A stretch of 64,000 nucleotides of DNA, from contig CM052816.1 in assembly GCA_028534125.1 (NCBI GenBank), forward strand, positions 58,158,001-58,222,000, given 5' to 3'. Shown one piece after another: positions 36,558 through 50,100 of this stretch. The notes under the pieces were generated by a model that was given only the letters and a program-made list of their open reading frames with translations, made no database searches and was not told where the DNA came from. The stretch is from Lama glama. Lineage: Eukaryota. Made by a program: the position numbers and the translations under genes. Position 1 is the first letter of the stretch. Each line of letters starts with the position of its first letter.

Positions 36558-39199
36558 CTATCCCCTAAGTGGAGTGACTCAGGCTCTAGAAAATGCTTCT
36601 GTTTCCAAATGTCTTCCCACTGTGCCTGAAACCCTCCATAATGGTCCATTCCAAATGGGTTTCAATCATTGTCCTCTGCCCACCCCATCTCCAGTCTTAA
36701 AATGTACATACTGCTGAGGTTAAGGACACTTGAGAACACAGTGGTTTCCAAACTTCAGTGTGATCAGCAAGTCTCTATATGGAGCCTGGGAGTCAGCACG
36801 CCTGACCCGCACCCAGATGAGATTTGTGGAGCATGCTCTGAGCAACACGGCCCTTAAGCCAGAGTGTGACCTTGTATGTCTAAAGCTTTCCTCCTGTGAT
36901 GGCTGAGAACGCAGATTGCTGGCAGGTCTGCCTTCCCTGACACTCCTGCCACAGACCAGCTCCTTGGAGCACTGAACAGTACGGGCTCTGAATGTCAATG
37001 CACACGTGTGGGCGCACACACACACATACACACAGCTGCTGAACGTAGCATTCCTGCAGCGCCAGGTCTGAACCCAGAACGCCAGCCAGCCTGCCTCATG
37101 GGCCTCAAACCTTTCAGAAGTGCTGGGTAGGTCACAGCCTTCTTCCTCCCACAGATAAAAACACAGCTCAGAGGCAGACAGCAAATTCCTGCCTGAGGAT
37201 GCATATCTCTGGGCTGATTAAATAAACACAGCGTAATTAAATTAAAGTAAGATCAGAATCTGCCTAAACTCTGCTGGCAGCCCAGCAGAGTCCCTCATGA
37301 ATCTTTCATTTTCATAAATGAATGATTGTTTACCTGCTTTGGGGCTTTCCCTGAAGGGAGAGGAGCCTCTGGTAAAAACGGCTCCCTGTGGTCAGAGGAA
37401 GGCAAATATGGGGTATTTTTATTTAGGGAAACAGGAGGCTTTTGAACTTCTTTGTGCTTTTTGGCTGGGGAGTAAGCATCATGCCCTGTTACTGGGCACA
37501 GGATGAGTGTGACTGAGGTTGCTCTCCTAAAACCAGAGGGTTGTTAAGAGTCTGAAACAGTAGACCAAATGTGTGGTGGAGAGAGAGAGAGACAGAAACA
37601 GAGACAGAGGGAAACAGACAGAAACAGAGACAAGAGATTGAGCACTGGTAAAGCTGCAAACTCCAAGAGACAGGCTTTGAACGATATTGGTTGCTGCCAG
37701 GAATCAGCAAGGAGAATAAAAAGCACCTGTTCCAGAAAATTTTCTCAAAGCAGGAGCCAGAAGAGATAAAGAAAAGCAACTGTGGTATTCCTTAAACTTA
37801 TGCAGTGCTATATGTCAACTGTGTCTCAGTAAAACTAGAAAAAACAGAAAGACAGAAACTGTGCAAACCTTATGGAGCAGATAGAATTCTTCTGCTTAGC
37901 AGGGCAAAACCCACGTCTGCCCACAAGGCCTGACTTGGGGATCCATGAGAAAGAACGTCTCAGCACGGCTGTGGACCAGCAGGTTCAGGGCGCTCCCCAG
38001 GAGCCTAGCTGACTATTGCTGTGTGACCCATCTGTACTGGAGGGGACGAGGAGGGAAGGCATGGACATCACTGCCCAAGGATGTCCAAATGGTGGGCCCA
38101 ATGCCTGGACCTTGCCTGCACCTTATCTAAAACTTAGATCCGGAGAGGCAGCATGCAAAATATCCGGGCCTCCAACCAGCCAACTTCAGAGTGTCCCTCA
38201 TCTCTTCCTCTCTCTCTGGGGACTTGCCTCCCCAGTCCCATGGGTCTCTTCTAGCAGGCTGGGAAGGGAAGGACAAAGAGGACAAATGCACATTTTGCAA
38301 GTTCCAGCCTTTGGGGAAGGAAGTTGAAACTAATGGGAAAGCCGTGGCTTTCATTCATCTACACCGCTGTCACTTCCATTAGCCGGGAAATGTGAGAAGG
38401 GGGCTGTGCAGTCTATCATTGTCCTTTGGGTGTGCTGGTGACACTGCTGATGGCGTTGTTTTCTGGCTTCAAACTTGCCCTCATTAGCAGGACTTTTGCT
38501 CAAATTTCTCATAGAGCTGATAGCTTATATCACCTTTCAGATTCTGTAAACTCCGCTTCTGGCTTCTCACTTAGCTCAACTCTCATCTCCCTACTACCAA
38601 CACAGACTCAGCCATAACTAAGCAGACATTGCTGTTCCTATAACCCTACTCACCTGCTTCCACTTCCAACCCTGAATCTGAGACTTCTCCCAGCCTGGAA
38701 TATCTCTCCACTAGTTTTCTGACCAGCAGAAGTATCTTTTTGTCATTCTGATCAAGTGTTCCCTACCCAGTGAAGACTTTCAGACTACTTTTTCAGTTCC
38801 ATTTACTCCAGCCTCTCCAGTGATCCCAGAGTTGTGAGGATCAAATAAGAAAGTGCACTATAAACTATGGGGCATCCAACCAGACTAGTGGACATTGTCA
38901 TGCATCATGGCTGGCTCTAAACTTTGAGCACATTAAAGAGCCATTTTAAACCCAAAAGACCTAGGGCTGCTAGTTCAAGGTGACACTCAGTCCACGGATT
39001 TGTTTATTTCCTTTCTCTATAAGAATCGAAGAGAGATCCACCAGGACACTAAAGATTTTTAAATCTTTCTGCAACATGCAAAGCAGGGAGAGGAATGTTT
39101 AGCAGAAGCCAAGCAGAAGAGGTTGTAGAGAAGATAAAGACAATGGAGAGCAAGAGTGAGAAATGAGGATAGAAACAGGGTCACGAACTGAAAGTCTGC

Positions 39200-40140
39200 A
39201 TATAGAATAACACTCCTGATATTTCCCTCTAACACTCTGCTTTCACAACATCTGGCATCCAAATATTTACATACAAGACTGGGACAAAAAAAGCCTAAAA
39301 TTAAGGCTGAAATTGTGTCTCTACAAGAAATGGGAATGGACTTCCTGGGAAGAACTAGGGCATCCAGTGTGGGATTATGGTGCACTGCAGTGAACCCTTT
39401 CATTCTGATATGCAGAGACCTTCAGAAGGGAGTAAGTAGCTGCCTCCCCACTCACTGAAGCCCACCACAGTCAATAAGACTCACCACCGACACAGGGCTC
39501 CTGAGCAGCTTTGCTATACTGTCATTTCTTAAACAGTCAAGACCACAAGACTATTGAGAAAAGCCTACAGTGTGAAATAGAAAGACTAAGATGAATAAAA
39601 GAGAAAATGACCTTGGAGGAAAAATAAAGAATAGAAGAAAATTTAAGTGAGAAAAAAACTCTAATTAGTATTTTCAGAGAGAGATGAAAAGATGTTGCAG
39701 CCATAAAATATAAATGCATCCATAAAATAAAATATAAAAGACCATCAAAAAAAGAAAAATTCTTAGAAATAAGAATATGACTACTAAAATTTTGTTAAAG
39801 TTAATAAGAGTTGAAAGATAAATCCTTGAAAATATCTCAGAATGTAAAATATTAAGACAAAGAGACAAAAAAGTGAGAGAAAAGAGAAGAGGTACATAGG
39901 AGCAATCCAGCTAACAGGTTTCCCAGAAAGAGAGAAGAAATGAAAGGATGGAGATCATTGGTGAAATAACAAGGGAATTTCCCAAAGCTGAAGAAGGATA
40001 CAAGTATTAGGTTGAAAGGTCTCACAATGTTCAGAACAGTCCATTTTTAAAAGTCCTTCTTTAAATTACATCATTATGACATTCTGGAACAAAAAGAACA
40101 AGAGCAAAATTCTTTTTCCAGAGAAAAGAAAAGAGGTCCT
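39200..40140 (+). mobile_element. Ancient L1/HAL1 5'-ORF1-like remnant
   Basis: A-rich; aaaattcttagaaataagaatatga, gagttgaaagataaatccttgaaaatatctcaga, aacaggtttcccagaaagagag and gaatttcccaaagctgaag. Confidence 0.65.
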
Positions 40141-41700
40141 TGGTTGCAACAACAACAACAAAAATGATCAACTGGTTACTTATACAGAACAGAAATGTAC
40201 TGGAAGGATGCTAACTACCTACTGAGAAACAACTGTAGAAAGACTCAGAAACAAAGGCAGAAACAAAGGGTCAAGGTCATGACACAGAAACAGCCTGATT
40301 ACAACAGAGCTGCCACTCTTGCTGGGTCCTGCACATGACTCCAAAGATCACCACCACTACCACGGCCACTCACTAAACCCTGAATACTTCCTCCACCAGT
40401 GAAATAAATTTTTGCACCATCCACTCCAGATTCAAAGTCCCAGATGGGAGCATCTGATTGGCTAAGCTTAGGCACATGCCAGTACCCTAGTTTTCAGATG
40501 TCAGATGTCAAAGAGAAAAACTATCTGGCCTTGTGCATGGATACTGGAACTCTATCTCCTACCAAGACTCACACAAAGGTGGACTCTTCAAGCTTCAGAA
40601 GAGGTTCAGATGCCATGCAGTCAACACCAAAATAATAAATGTCCACTACAGCTCACCCCCTGACTCTTCCCCATCTTTATATATACCTCTCTCCATACTT
40701 CATCTCCATAAAATTCCAAAACATACTTTAAAATGTTTATAACTACCATATGCAACCATCTTCACCCTCATTCCCTTAACAAAGTCAAAGTCCCATAAGT
40801 TGGTGCATTCAGCAAGAATTCAAGACTTTCTAGGTGATGTCCATTTTCCCTCTAGCTCTATCACAATCCCCTATTGATTTGTGCAACTTTGGAGCTAATA
40901 TACCCTACACACAACAGTGTGATAAGGAGAGAGAAAGGGAAAAAATAATAATTTAAATTTAAATATATATGTATCTGATATTTGGGTGACTATTACAGTC
41001 TCATTTCTGCAACCACAACAAGGCTATGGGAACTTTAATTCTCCTCAGGTAGTAATGGTAGTAGACATACTGTAGGTAATAAAAAATATATCTAAATTTA
41101 AGAATCTATTCCAGTGAGGACAAATTACTGCCCTCCATATAACAGAAACAATCTAAACCAATCAACTTTCCACACGGTGCCCCGCTGCCTCTCTCTGAGC
41201 ACCATATTGGAGTTCCAGGATTGTACAGCCAAAGTGCACGCTGAACAGTGGAGGTCAGTAGATCAGCCTTTGTGAATGAAAGTGCTTCTTTTCACTGATT
41301 ATTAAGAATCCCCTGCAGCAAGGAGTCTTTGGTGAGCAGCCTCATGAAACTCAAATAGTCTCACACTCATTCATTCAGAGAAGCCAATGCATATAACTCT
41401 TCTCCAACCCTCCTGGTCTCCTGGCCTCCAGTGTCACTCCCTTTGGATCCCTGACCATGGGTCAAATCATTCTGTGCAGCCCAGGAAGCAGTGCACGTTC
41501 TTTCCTCGGGTCATGCTCTTTCCATGCAAATGGGCAGTAACATGGGCTGTTCAAAACTCTGCCCACCAGGAGGATTTCTCTTCCCTGGTGTCCTTCAGGG
41601 TGATCCTGAGTGAAGCCGCTACTCCAGCCTACTTCTGTTTGATGCCAAAGCATTGAGCTCCGGTTTGGTTTATGCTCAGTTTCCAATACTTACTAAACAT
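40140..41700 (-). mobile_element. Old MaLR LTR (MLT1L/M-like, about 40140-40650) with probable MLT-internal remnant
   Basis: gggagcatctgattggctaagcttaggcacatgcc. The adjacent caaagtcccataag...caagactttctaggtgatgtccattttcc resembles MLT-int. Confidence 0.5.
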
Positions 41701-42036
41701 CTTTCACTCTCTCTCACAGCCACAGACACCCAGAGAATGACTTCTATCACTTTCTAGTTTCAGGGCTCAGTCTGAGCATTAGGAGCAAGATTCCCCTTTA
41801 TAGATACAAATATATGTGTAGAAGCTCAGAGAAAGACCTTACAGTTCCTCTGGTCCAGCTACATCCTGACCATAGCTTTTCTTCAGGCCTACTCACAGCC
41901 CTCAGTTAAGGGTCATTCATGTAATGGACACTCATGAGTTTGCTGACTGGCTGAACTGAAAAGGCAGATATTTAAGACTCCAGATGTTTGAGGTCCCAGA
42001 AGCCCCAGGTGTTTATTATATTATTTAAAAATAAAT

Positions 42037-42285
42037 ATATTATAGGTGGTTGGGTTTCCAGGAAGGAGAATCTGAGGTGGGTATTGGTGGACAGAGGGTT
42101 CATTTTCGACAACTCTCAGATAAACACTTTTGGAAGGGAAGACAAAGATGCAGGATTGGGCCCGAGGAGCACACAAACTGATAAAGCATCAGGGAAGGTT
42201 TCAGTGACCCCACTGGGAGGCCCAGAAGCTGAAATGGTCTTTCGGAATTGTCCTCAGTTGGGTAGAGGGTGCCTGGCCTCCAAAC
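42037..42285 (-). mobile_element. LTR16-like ERVL LTR fragment
   Basis: ggttgggtttccaggaaggagaatctgagg...gcaggattgggc...tcagtgaccccactgggagg...gaagctgaaatggtctttcggaattgtcc. Confidence 0.65.
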
Positions 42286-42289
42286 ACTA

Positions 42290-42532
42290 AATTTTCATTG
42301 GATATACTTGATCGATATTTAGATTTATAAACATACACTTCAAAAAGTAGATTCATATACTCAAATTGTTCCAAACATACTTAAATGTTTTCCAATAACT
42401 AAACTGTATATCAGGTTTTAAATTTAAATTGAGAGTAGATAAAATTAAAAATTCAGTTCCTCAGTTGCACTAGCCCCAGTTCAAGTACTCAATGGTCACA
42501 TGTGGTGAGTGGCTGCCATATTGACAGTGCAG
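42290..42532. mobile_element. Charlie1/MER3-type hAT terminal fragment
   Basis: aaaattcagttcctcagttgcactagccccagttcaagtactcaatggtcacatgtggtgagtggctgccatattgacagtgcag. Confidence 0.8.
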
Positions 42533-43289
42533 GCCTATACAATAAAAATCATATGCGTGTACTCCTTGGGCTAAAAAGGATATGGTCTTAATCCCTAAAT
42601 TCCCTCATCTTCAACTTGGGGCTCTTAATGTAGAGCACATACACAGGTCATTACCAACTCATCAACAGCCAACTTAGAAAAATAAATGTCTACAGGTGAC
42701 CATGTCTGCCATGAAGCTTCTAAGAGTCTGTTATTCAGAAATGGAAAAAAGAAACTGAAGAGGAAGGCCAGCCTACAGATTACCATGGCAGATTCCAAGC
42801 AGTATCCCATGCAAGACTAGATTGTCTGTAGAGCTTTGCCCTGACCAGAGATCTCAACCACTAATTCCAGTAGGTCAGAATGTTCTACTTTCCCTTTTTA
42901 TGGTGATCACAGTTCTACCAATTAGAGATTCCTCTGTGTCTATTTTAACAATTCAAACAACTCTTACAGATACAAGATCATTAGTCATTCATATCTTATA
43001 GACAGCTTGATCAGAGGACTTTCCTCTTAACACCTGAGTATCAACAGTGAATTCAAGATTTTTCAGTAACTGAAAGGAAATCGGCAATTTGGGAGCATAA
43101 AGCATCTCCTGTGGGTGAGTGAACCTGGGTGTGGTGCCCCATTGGGAATCGTAGAGCAACCTGAAAGCACTGGGAAGTCTGGGATGACAGGGAGCCAGGA
43201 AATGGAAGAGGGGCAAAAATACAGGAGAAGCTGCCAGGGAAATGTCAGAGAGCACAGTCCTGAAGTGGAAAAGAAACGATGGGACATCT

Positions 43290-43445
43290 TTTCCTTCTTT
43301 ACCTCCTTGCTGGCTTTCTTCCTGCGCTTCTCCTTCCTCTTCTACCTCCTCTTTCCCTGTTCTCTTGTTCCTCCATCTTCTTCACTTGTCGTTGCTTTCT
43401 CATCTCCTCCTCTTCTTTGTCTTCCTTCTCTCTGCTTCCCCTACT
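43290..43445. repeat. Low-complexity pyrimidine (CCT/CTT) tract
   Basis: Directly visible; it explains the overlapping ORFs at 43115-43533. Confidence 0.8.
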
Positions 43446-44929
43446 CAACTCCACTAATAGCCTCCAGCTCCTAGAGACCAGCAATCAGGCTAGTATTTGC
43501 AAAAACATACGTCTCAGCTATGTACTGAGTTAAATTTTCTTTTGTGGACCATCTTGGGAACCTACCACTGCATATAGTATTATTTTTGTAAGAAAATGAG
43601 TTCCTAATTCCAAGCAACTCTAGCTTAGCTGGTAACTCCCTGTATATAGACTCTGCTATGCAGTGCCTTACCTATAGGGAAGCTCAATAAATATTAGTTT
43701 ATTAGAAATAAACAAAAGTGTTGATGTTCTTGAGTGTAAGTGTATTTCTTCACAAAGACATAAATCAAATACATCTGGTATGCTGAATGGCCAGGCTTAA
43801 ACCAGACTCAGATTAAAATATTCATTCATCAACTCAGAAGCCACCTTTTGTTATAACACAAACATCTTCCAATAGCTGGAGGCCATATGTTAAATAAACG
43901 TGAAGAAATATTTTCATCAGTAAATGTCAGCTTCTTACATCTAAAGCTATCAAAATGATGATTTCTAAAATTTAATCTACATTCAGTTCATATTTTAAAA
44001 TGGAAGGTTATTTTTCTGTTTCTAACAAATGAAAATAAGCAACTGTTACACTCAAATTTGACTGAATTCCCTGGTTAAAATTTCAAATTAGTTAAGAAAT
44101 GTCTCCACGTAATTTGCATAAAATGCAGGTTTAGTATTTTTTTCTTTTGTCTGAATACATATGCAGTAAAGATCATTCTGTTTGGGAGGAAAGTGCTTTG
44201 GTTTGGTTTTATTATTGGGTACATGAACAAAAACATGATAACATTATAAGAAAAGAAAAATTTGCTTATAATTTCACCACCTCTGCAAATCAAAATGTTT
44301 TTATTTCTTTAACTTTATAACTGAAACTTCCATTTGGATATAGGTAAGACTCACACTGATGTCATTAATGAATTAATTATGCAAATAAGTCCTCCTCAAA
44401 TACCAACATGTATATTACCATCCTTATAGCTTTATAGCTGAGAAAATAAGTAATGCAGCTAATGGGGAGCCAGAGCATGATTCTCCACGAGTTCAGACTT
44501 GACCCTGCCTCTCACCCACTCAAGCATACTCGGGTCGAAGCAAGCTCTTCCTCTAACTCCCTACAAACTGCCACTTACAGGTGGCAGAGTCAAATATCTA
44601 AATCAGGGAGTCACTCTAGCTTTGGAGCAGAGGCCTCCTGGCCATCAGCAGCTCAATTATCTCTGGAAATGTAAGTGTGGCTCAGAATCTGGCATGGACT
44701 GGGAAATACTTAAGTAGACTCTGCCAATCAAAGTGACTGAACCTCTGGTCTCAGCCTGATTGGGCCCTACTTTCCCTTCTCAGAATGGACTTGCAGAGCC
44801 CGGCTGCACTCATTTTCTGTGCTGTCACTGGAGCCAATTAGTGAGAATGGGCTCCCTCCATAGGGGTGATGCTAACAAAGGGTGAAAGGAAGAGAGAACA
44901 CAGTGCCCAACACAATCTCACAAATAGAC

Positions 44930-47855
44930 ATTCGGTGCTGAACAAATGTTCACTTGCTGATTTATACACGAAAAGTCCACAATTAATAAGCTCAATAAAT
45001 TACTCCAAAGTAAAGACGTCCTAGGACCCACAATTCAGATCAAGAAATAGAACATATAATAGAACAAACAGCAACCCAGAAGCCTCCCCAGACCCCCTGT
45101 ACTCACTACCCTCTTTTCTCCCCAAAGGCAAACACTATTCTAATATCTAACTTCAGTTTTATAGCCAAGGCACCTCACATATGGAAGACAATAAATGTTC
45201 ATTCTAATACCATAATTTAGATTTGCCTCTTTTTGAATTTTATGTAAATGCAATTGTACAGTATGTAGGTTTGTGAGATTCATCCATGTTGGGGTATATC
45301 ATTGCAGTTGATTATTTTGCTCCTGTATTAAACTGCATGCACGTATCATAATATATACATGAAAGTTTTCTACTGCTGAAAGATATTTGGGATGTTTCCA
45401 GCTTTCGGCTATTAGAAACAATGCAGCAATGAGCATCCTCGTCCATGTTTTTCAGGGTTCATATGTATAAACTTCTGATGGGTGTAAATGCAGGAGTGAA
45501 TTCCTAGGTACTAGGGTATATGTAAGTTTAACTTTATTAGAAGTTGCCAGACTTTTCCAAGATGGTTGTATCAATCTACATTCCTACCAGGAATATACGA
45601 GAGTTGCAGTGGTTCTACATTTTGACAATACTTGGTATTGCCAGTCTTCTTCAGTGTTAGTCATTCTGCAAGTGCATAGGAGTATTTCATTGTGGTTTTC
45701 AATTTAAACATGCCTGACCAGTAAAATGACTGAGCAGCTTTTCATATGTTTAGTGGACACTGAATATCATCATTTGCAAAGTTCCTTTTCAGGTCTTTTG
45801 CCATTTTTTTTATTGGATTGTCTGTCTTTTTCTTATTGAAGATATCTTTTCATCTTCTGCAAATGATCCCTTTGCTGTATGTACTGCAGATATCTTCTCT
45901 CACTCTGTGACTTGAGTTTCCCACTCTTGATGGTGTCTTTTGACGAACAGAAGATCCTAATGTTAAGGTAGTCCACCTTATGAATCTTTATTTTCTGATT
46001 AGTGTTTTTGTGTCCTGTTTATCTTTGTCTTCCCAAGATCATGGAGATACTCTCATATGTAATCTTCCAGAAGATTACTGTTTTACTTTTTACATTCAAA
46101 CTACAGTCTGCCTGAAATTTCTTTCTTTTATGAAGTAGGGGTTAAGACTTATTTTTTTCCAAATGGATATCTAATTGGTCCAACACCATTTATTCTTAAC
46201 ATTATCTTTTTTCTATTGCTCTAGAATCCCACCTTTGTCATAAATCAATTGTCTATTCACATGTAGGTCTATTTCTGAATTCTAGTCTACTCCATGTGCC
46301 TTTTTTTTAAGGGGTAGAGGGGTTATCTTTGCACAAATACACTACTTTTTAAATTACTGCAACTTTAAAATAAGATTTGATATCCATTAAAGCTAAGCCC
46401 TCCTACTTTCTTCTTCAAGATTGTGTTGGTTACTCTTGGCCCTTTACAGTTTCATATAAATTTTAAATCAGCCTGTCAATTTCTACCAGAACAGCTGCTG
46501 GGATATTAAATGGGACTACCTTGAATTTATAGGTCAATTTGCAACTAACTGATAACTTTATTGAGTTATTTAGTCCATAAACATAGTCCATCCCTCCATT
46601 TATTTAGGTTTTAATTAATTTCTCTCAACAATGGTGTATAGTTTTCATTGTGAAGGTCTTATACATAGTTTTTTATTAGATTACTAGGTATTTGATACAA
46701 TTTGATATTATTATTAATGACATAATTTTTAAAATTATTTTCTAACTTTTTGTTCCTGAAACAGAGAAATATATTTTACTTTTACATGACCTTTAGCCAG
46801 TGATCTTGCTAGATTCACTTATTAATGTCAACAGCTTATCTGTAGATTCTTTCTATTTTCTATATGAACAAATATGTCATCTATAAATAATGATACTTCC
46901 AATCTATTTACCATTTCAAACAAATTTTATTGCCTTATTGCACTGCTCAGAACTTCAAAACAATGTTGAATAGGAGTGGTAATAGCATAGCACGCTTGTC
47001 TTATTTCCAATTCCTGAAGGAAAACAGTCAATATTTCACCTTAAGTATGATGTTTGCTATGAGTTTTTGTACAAACTTTTTGTCTGACTAAAAATATTTT
47101 CTTCGATTCTTAGTTTTCTAAGAAGTTACTATTATCGTTATTATAAATGGATGTTGAATTACATAAGATGTTTTTTATGCCTATTGAGATAACTGTACAA
47201 CTTTTCTCGTTTAGTTAGTTTGATATGAATTACAGTGACTTTTGAATGCAAAAATTTATATCACATTAATAGAAGAAATCATAGTCATGATATATTATCC
47301 TTATATATCACTGAATTTAATTTGCTAATACACTGTTTAGGATTTTTGCATTTCTGTTCATGAGAGAGACTACTTTGTAATTTTTATTTTTTGTAAAGAA
47401 CTTGTCAGGTTTTTGGTCTCTTAAAATGTGTTGGAAATTTTTTCTTCTTTCTATTCTCTAGAAGAGTTTGTTTACGAGCAGTGTTTTTTTTTCTTTTACA
47501 GTAATTTTGACCTCTGATGAAGCCATATGGGCCTGGAATTTATTTTGTGGGAAGTTTTTCTTTATGGATTCGATTTCTTCTAGACCATAGGACTATTCAG
47601 ATATTTTATATCTTCTGTGTCACTTTCGGTATGTTGGGTTTTTTCTAAAAATTTATGAATTTCAATTAAGTTCTCTAATGTATTGGTATAAAATAGTTTA
47701 TCATATCATTATCTTTTGAATGTCGGTGATATTTGTAGTTTTGTCCTCTTTTTCACTCCTGAAATTACTACATTATGCCTTCTCTCTTTGTGATTGCTCT
47801 TGCCAAGGGTTTATCAATTTTATCAGTCTTTTTACAGAACTAACTGTTGGCTCTT
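44930..47855 (-). mobile_element. Old L1 (L1ME-like) ORF2 + 3' UTR, reverse orientation
   Basis: T-rich strand; cagatcaagaaatagaacat, ttgtgagattcatccatgttg, caatgttgaataggagtggt and ggatttttgcatttctgttcatgagag. Confidence 0.88.
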
Positions 47856-50100
47856 TTCTGCATGGAAACACAAAAGACCCCAAATACCCAAGACAATCTC
47901 GAGAAAGAACAACAAAACTGAAGGCATCATGCTCCCTGACTTTGAACCATACTACAAAGCTACAGTAATTAAAACAGTATGGTACTGGCACAAAAACAAC
48001 ACATAGATCAATGGAATAGAATAGAGAGCCCAGAAATAAACCCATGTTCATATGGTCAATTAATCTATGACAAAAGAAGCAAGAATATACAATGGGGGAA
48101 AGACAGCCTCTTCAATAAACAGTGTTGGGAAAACTCAACAGCTACATGTAAAAGAATCAAAACTGGACTATTTTCTCACACCATATACAAAAAAACTCAA
48201 AATAGATTAAAGACTTAAATACAAAACTCCTAGAAAAAAACAGACAGTACAGAATTTGACATTGGTTTTAGATTTTTTTTTTTTGGATGTATCTCCTCAG
48301 GCAAGGGAAACAAAAGCAAAAATAAGCAAATGAGACTATATCAAACTAAAAAGTTTTTGTACAGCAAAGGAAACTATCAATACAATGAAAAGGTAGCCTA
48401 CAGAGAAGATATTTGCAAATGATATATCTGATAAGGGCCAATATCCAACATATACAAAGAACTAATACAACTCAACATAAGAAAACAAACAACCTGATTT
48501 TAAAATGGGAAGAGGACCTGAACAGACATGAATAGAAAGCATACAGATGGTGAACAGACACATGAAAATATGCTCAACATCACTAATTATCAGGGAATTG
48601 TAAATCAAAGCTACAGTGAGATACCACCCGACACCTGTCAGAATGGTTATCATCAAAAAGACAACAAGCAGCACTATACACAATAGCCAAGACATGGAAA
48701 CAATCTAAGTGTCCATCGACAGGTGACAAGATAAAGAAGTTGTGGTATTTTTATACAATGGAATACTACTCAGTGATAAAAAGAATAAAATAATGCCATT
48801 TGCAGCAACATGGATGGACCTGGAGATAATCATTGTAAGTGAAGTAAACCAAAAAGAGAAAGAAAAATACCATATAATATCACTCAAATGTGGAATCTAA
48901 AAAAAAAAGAAAAGAAAAAAGAGGACACTAATGAACTCATCTACAAAACACAAACAGACTTGCAGACATAGTAAATAATTTTATGGTTATCGAGAGAAAG
49001 GGGGTGGGAAAGGATAAATTTGAGTTTGAGGTTTGCAAAGGTTAACCACTATATTTATATCTATATAAAAATAGATAAAAAACAAATATCTTCTGTATAG
49101 CACAGGAAACTATATTCAATATCTTGTAATAACCTTTGATGAAAAAGAATATGAAAACAAATATATGTGTGTATACACACACACACACACATACACACAC
49201 ACACACACACATGCATGACTAGGACATTATGCTATACACCAGAAAATGACACATTATAACTGACTATACTTCAATAAAATTTTTTAAAAAGACAACAAAT
49301 AACAAGTGTTGGCAAGGATGTGGAGAAAAGGAAACCCTCATCATGCACTGTTGGTAGGAAAGCAAATTGGTGTACCTACTATAGAAAACCAAATGGAAGT
49401 TCCTCAAAAAAATAAAACTAAAACTGCCATATGATCCAGCAATTCCACTTCTGGATATTTAATCAAAGAAAACAAAAACACTAATTGGAAAAAATCTATG
49501 TACTCCAGTGTTCATTGTAGCATTATTTACAAAGCCAAGATATGGAAACAAGAAGATACAGAAACAACATCTTGTCCACTGGTAGATGAATGTATAAAGA
49601 TGTGGTACATATACACAATAGAACATTACTCAGCCATAAAAAAAGAAATATTACCATTTGTGGCAACATGGATGGACCTAGAAAGTATTATTCTATGTGA
49701 AATAAGACAGAGACAAATACCACATGATCTCACTTATATGTGGAATCTGAAAAACAAAAAAAAACAAAACAAACAAAACAAAATGAAATAGACTCAAAGA
49801 CACAGAGAACAGATGGATAGTTGCCAGAAAGGAACAGGTGGCAGGTGGGCAAAATAGGTAAAGGGGATTAAGAGGTACAAATCTTCAGTTATATATAAAT
49901 ACGTCATGGAGATGTAATATACAGCATAAAGAATATGGTCAATAATATTGTAATAATTTTGTATGGGACCAGTTTGCTAAACTTATTGTGGTGATCATTT
50001 CATAATGTACATAATGTACACAAATGTGAAATCATTGTCATACATCTGAAACTAATATAATATTGTAAGTCAACTATATTTTAATTTTTTAAAATTTTAA
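47856..50100 (+). mobile_element. 5'-truncated L1 (ORF2 3' part + 3' UTR)
   Basis: ORFs 47794-48006 ([25 protein letters not shown]) and 47979-48218 ([22 protein letters not shown]); 3' end gtcaactatattttaa. Confidence 0.93.
48668..49285 (+). mobile_element. Younger L1 3' fragment nested in the previous L1
   Basis: Perfect 13-bp TSD aaaaagacaacaa at 48655-48667 and 49286-49298; contains a (CA)n run at about 49174-49210. Confidence 0.92.
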
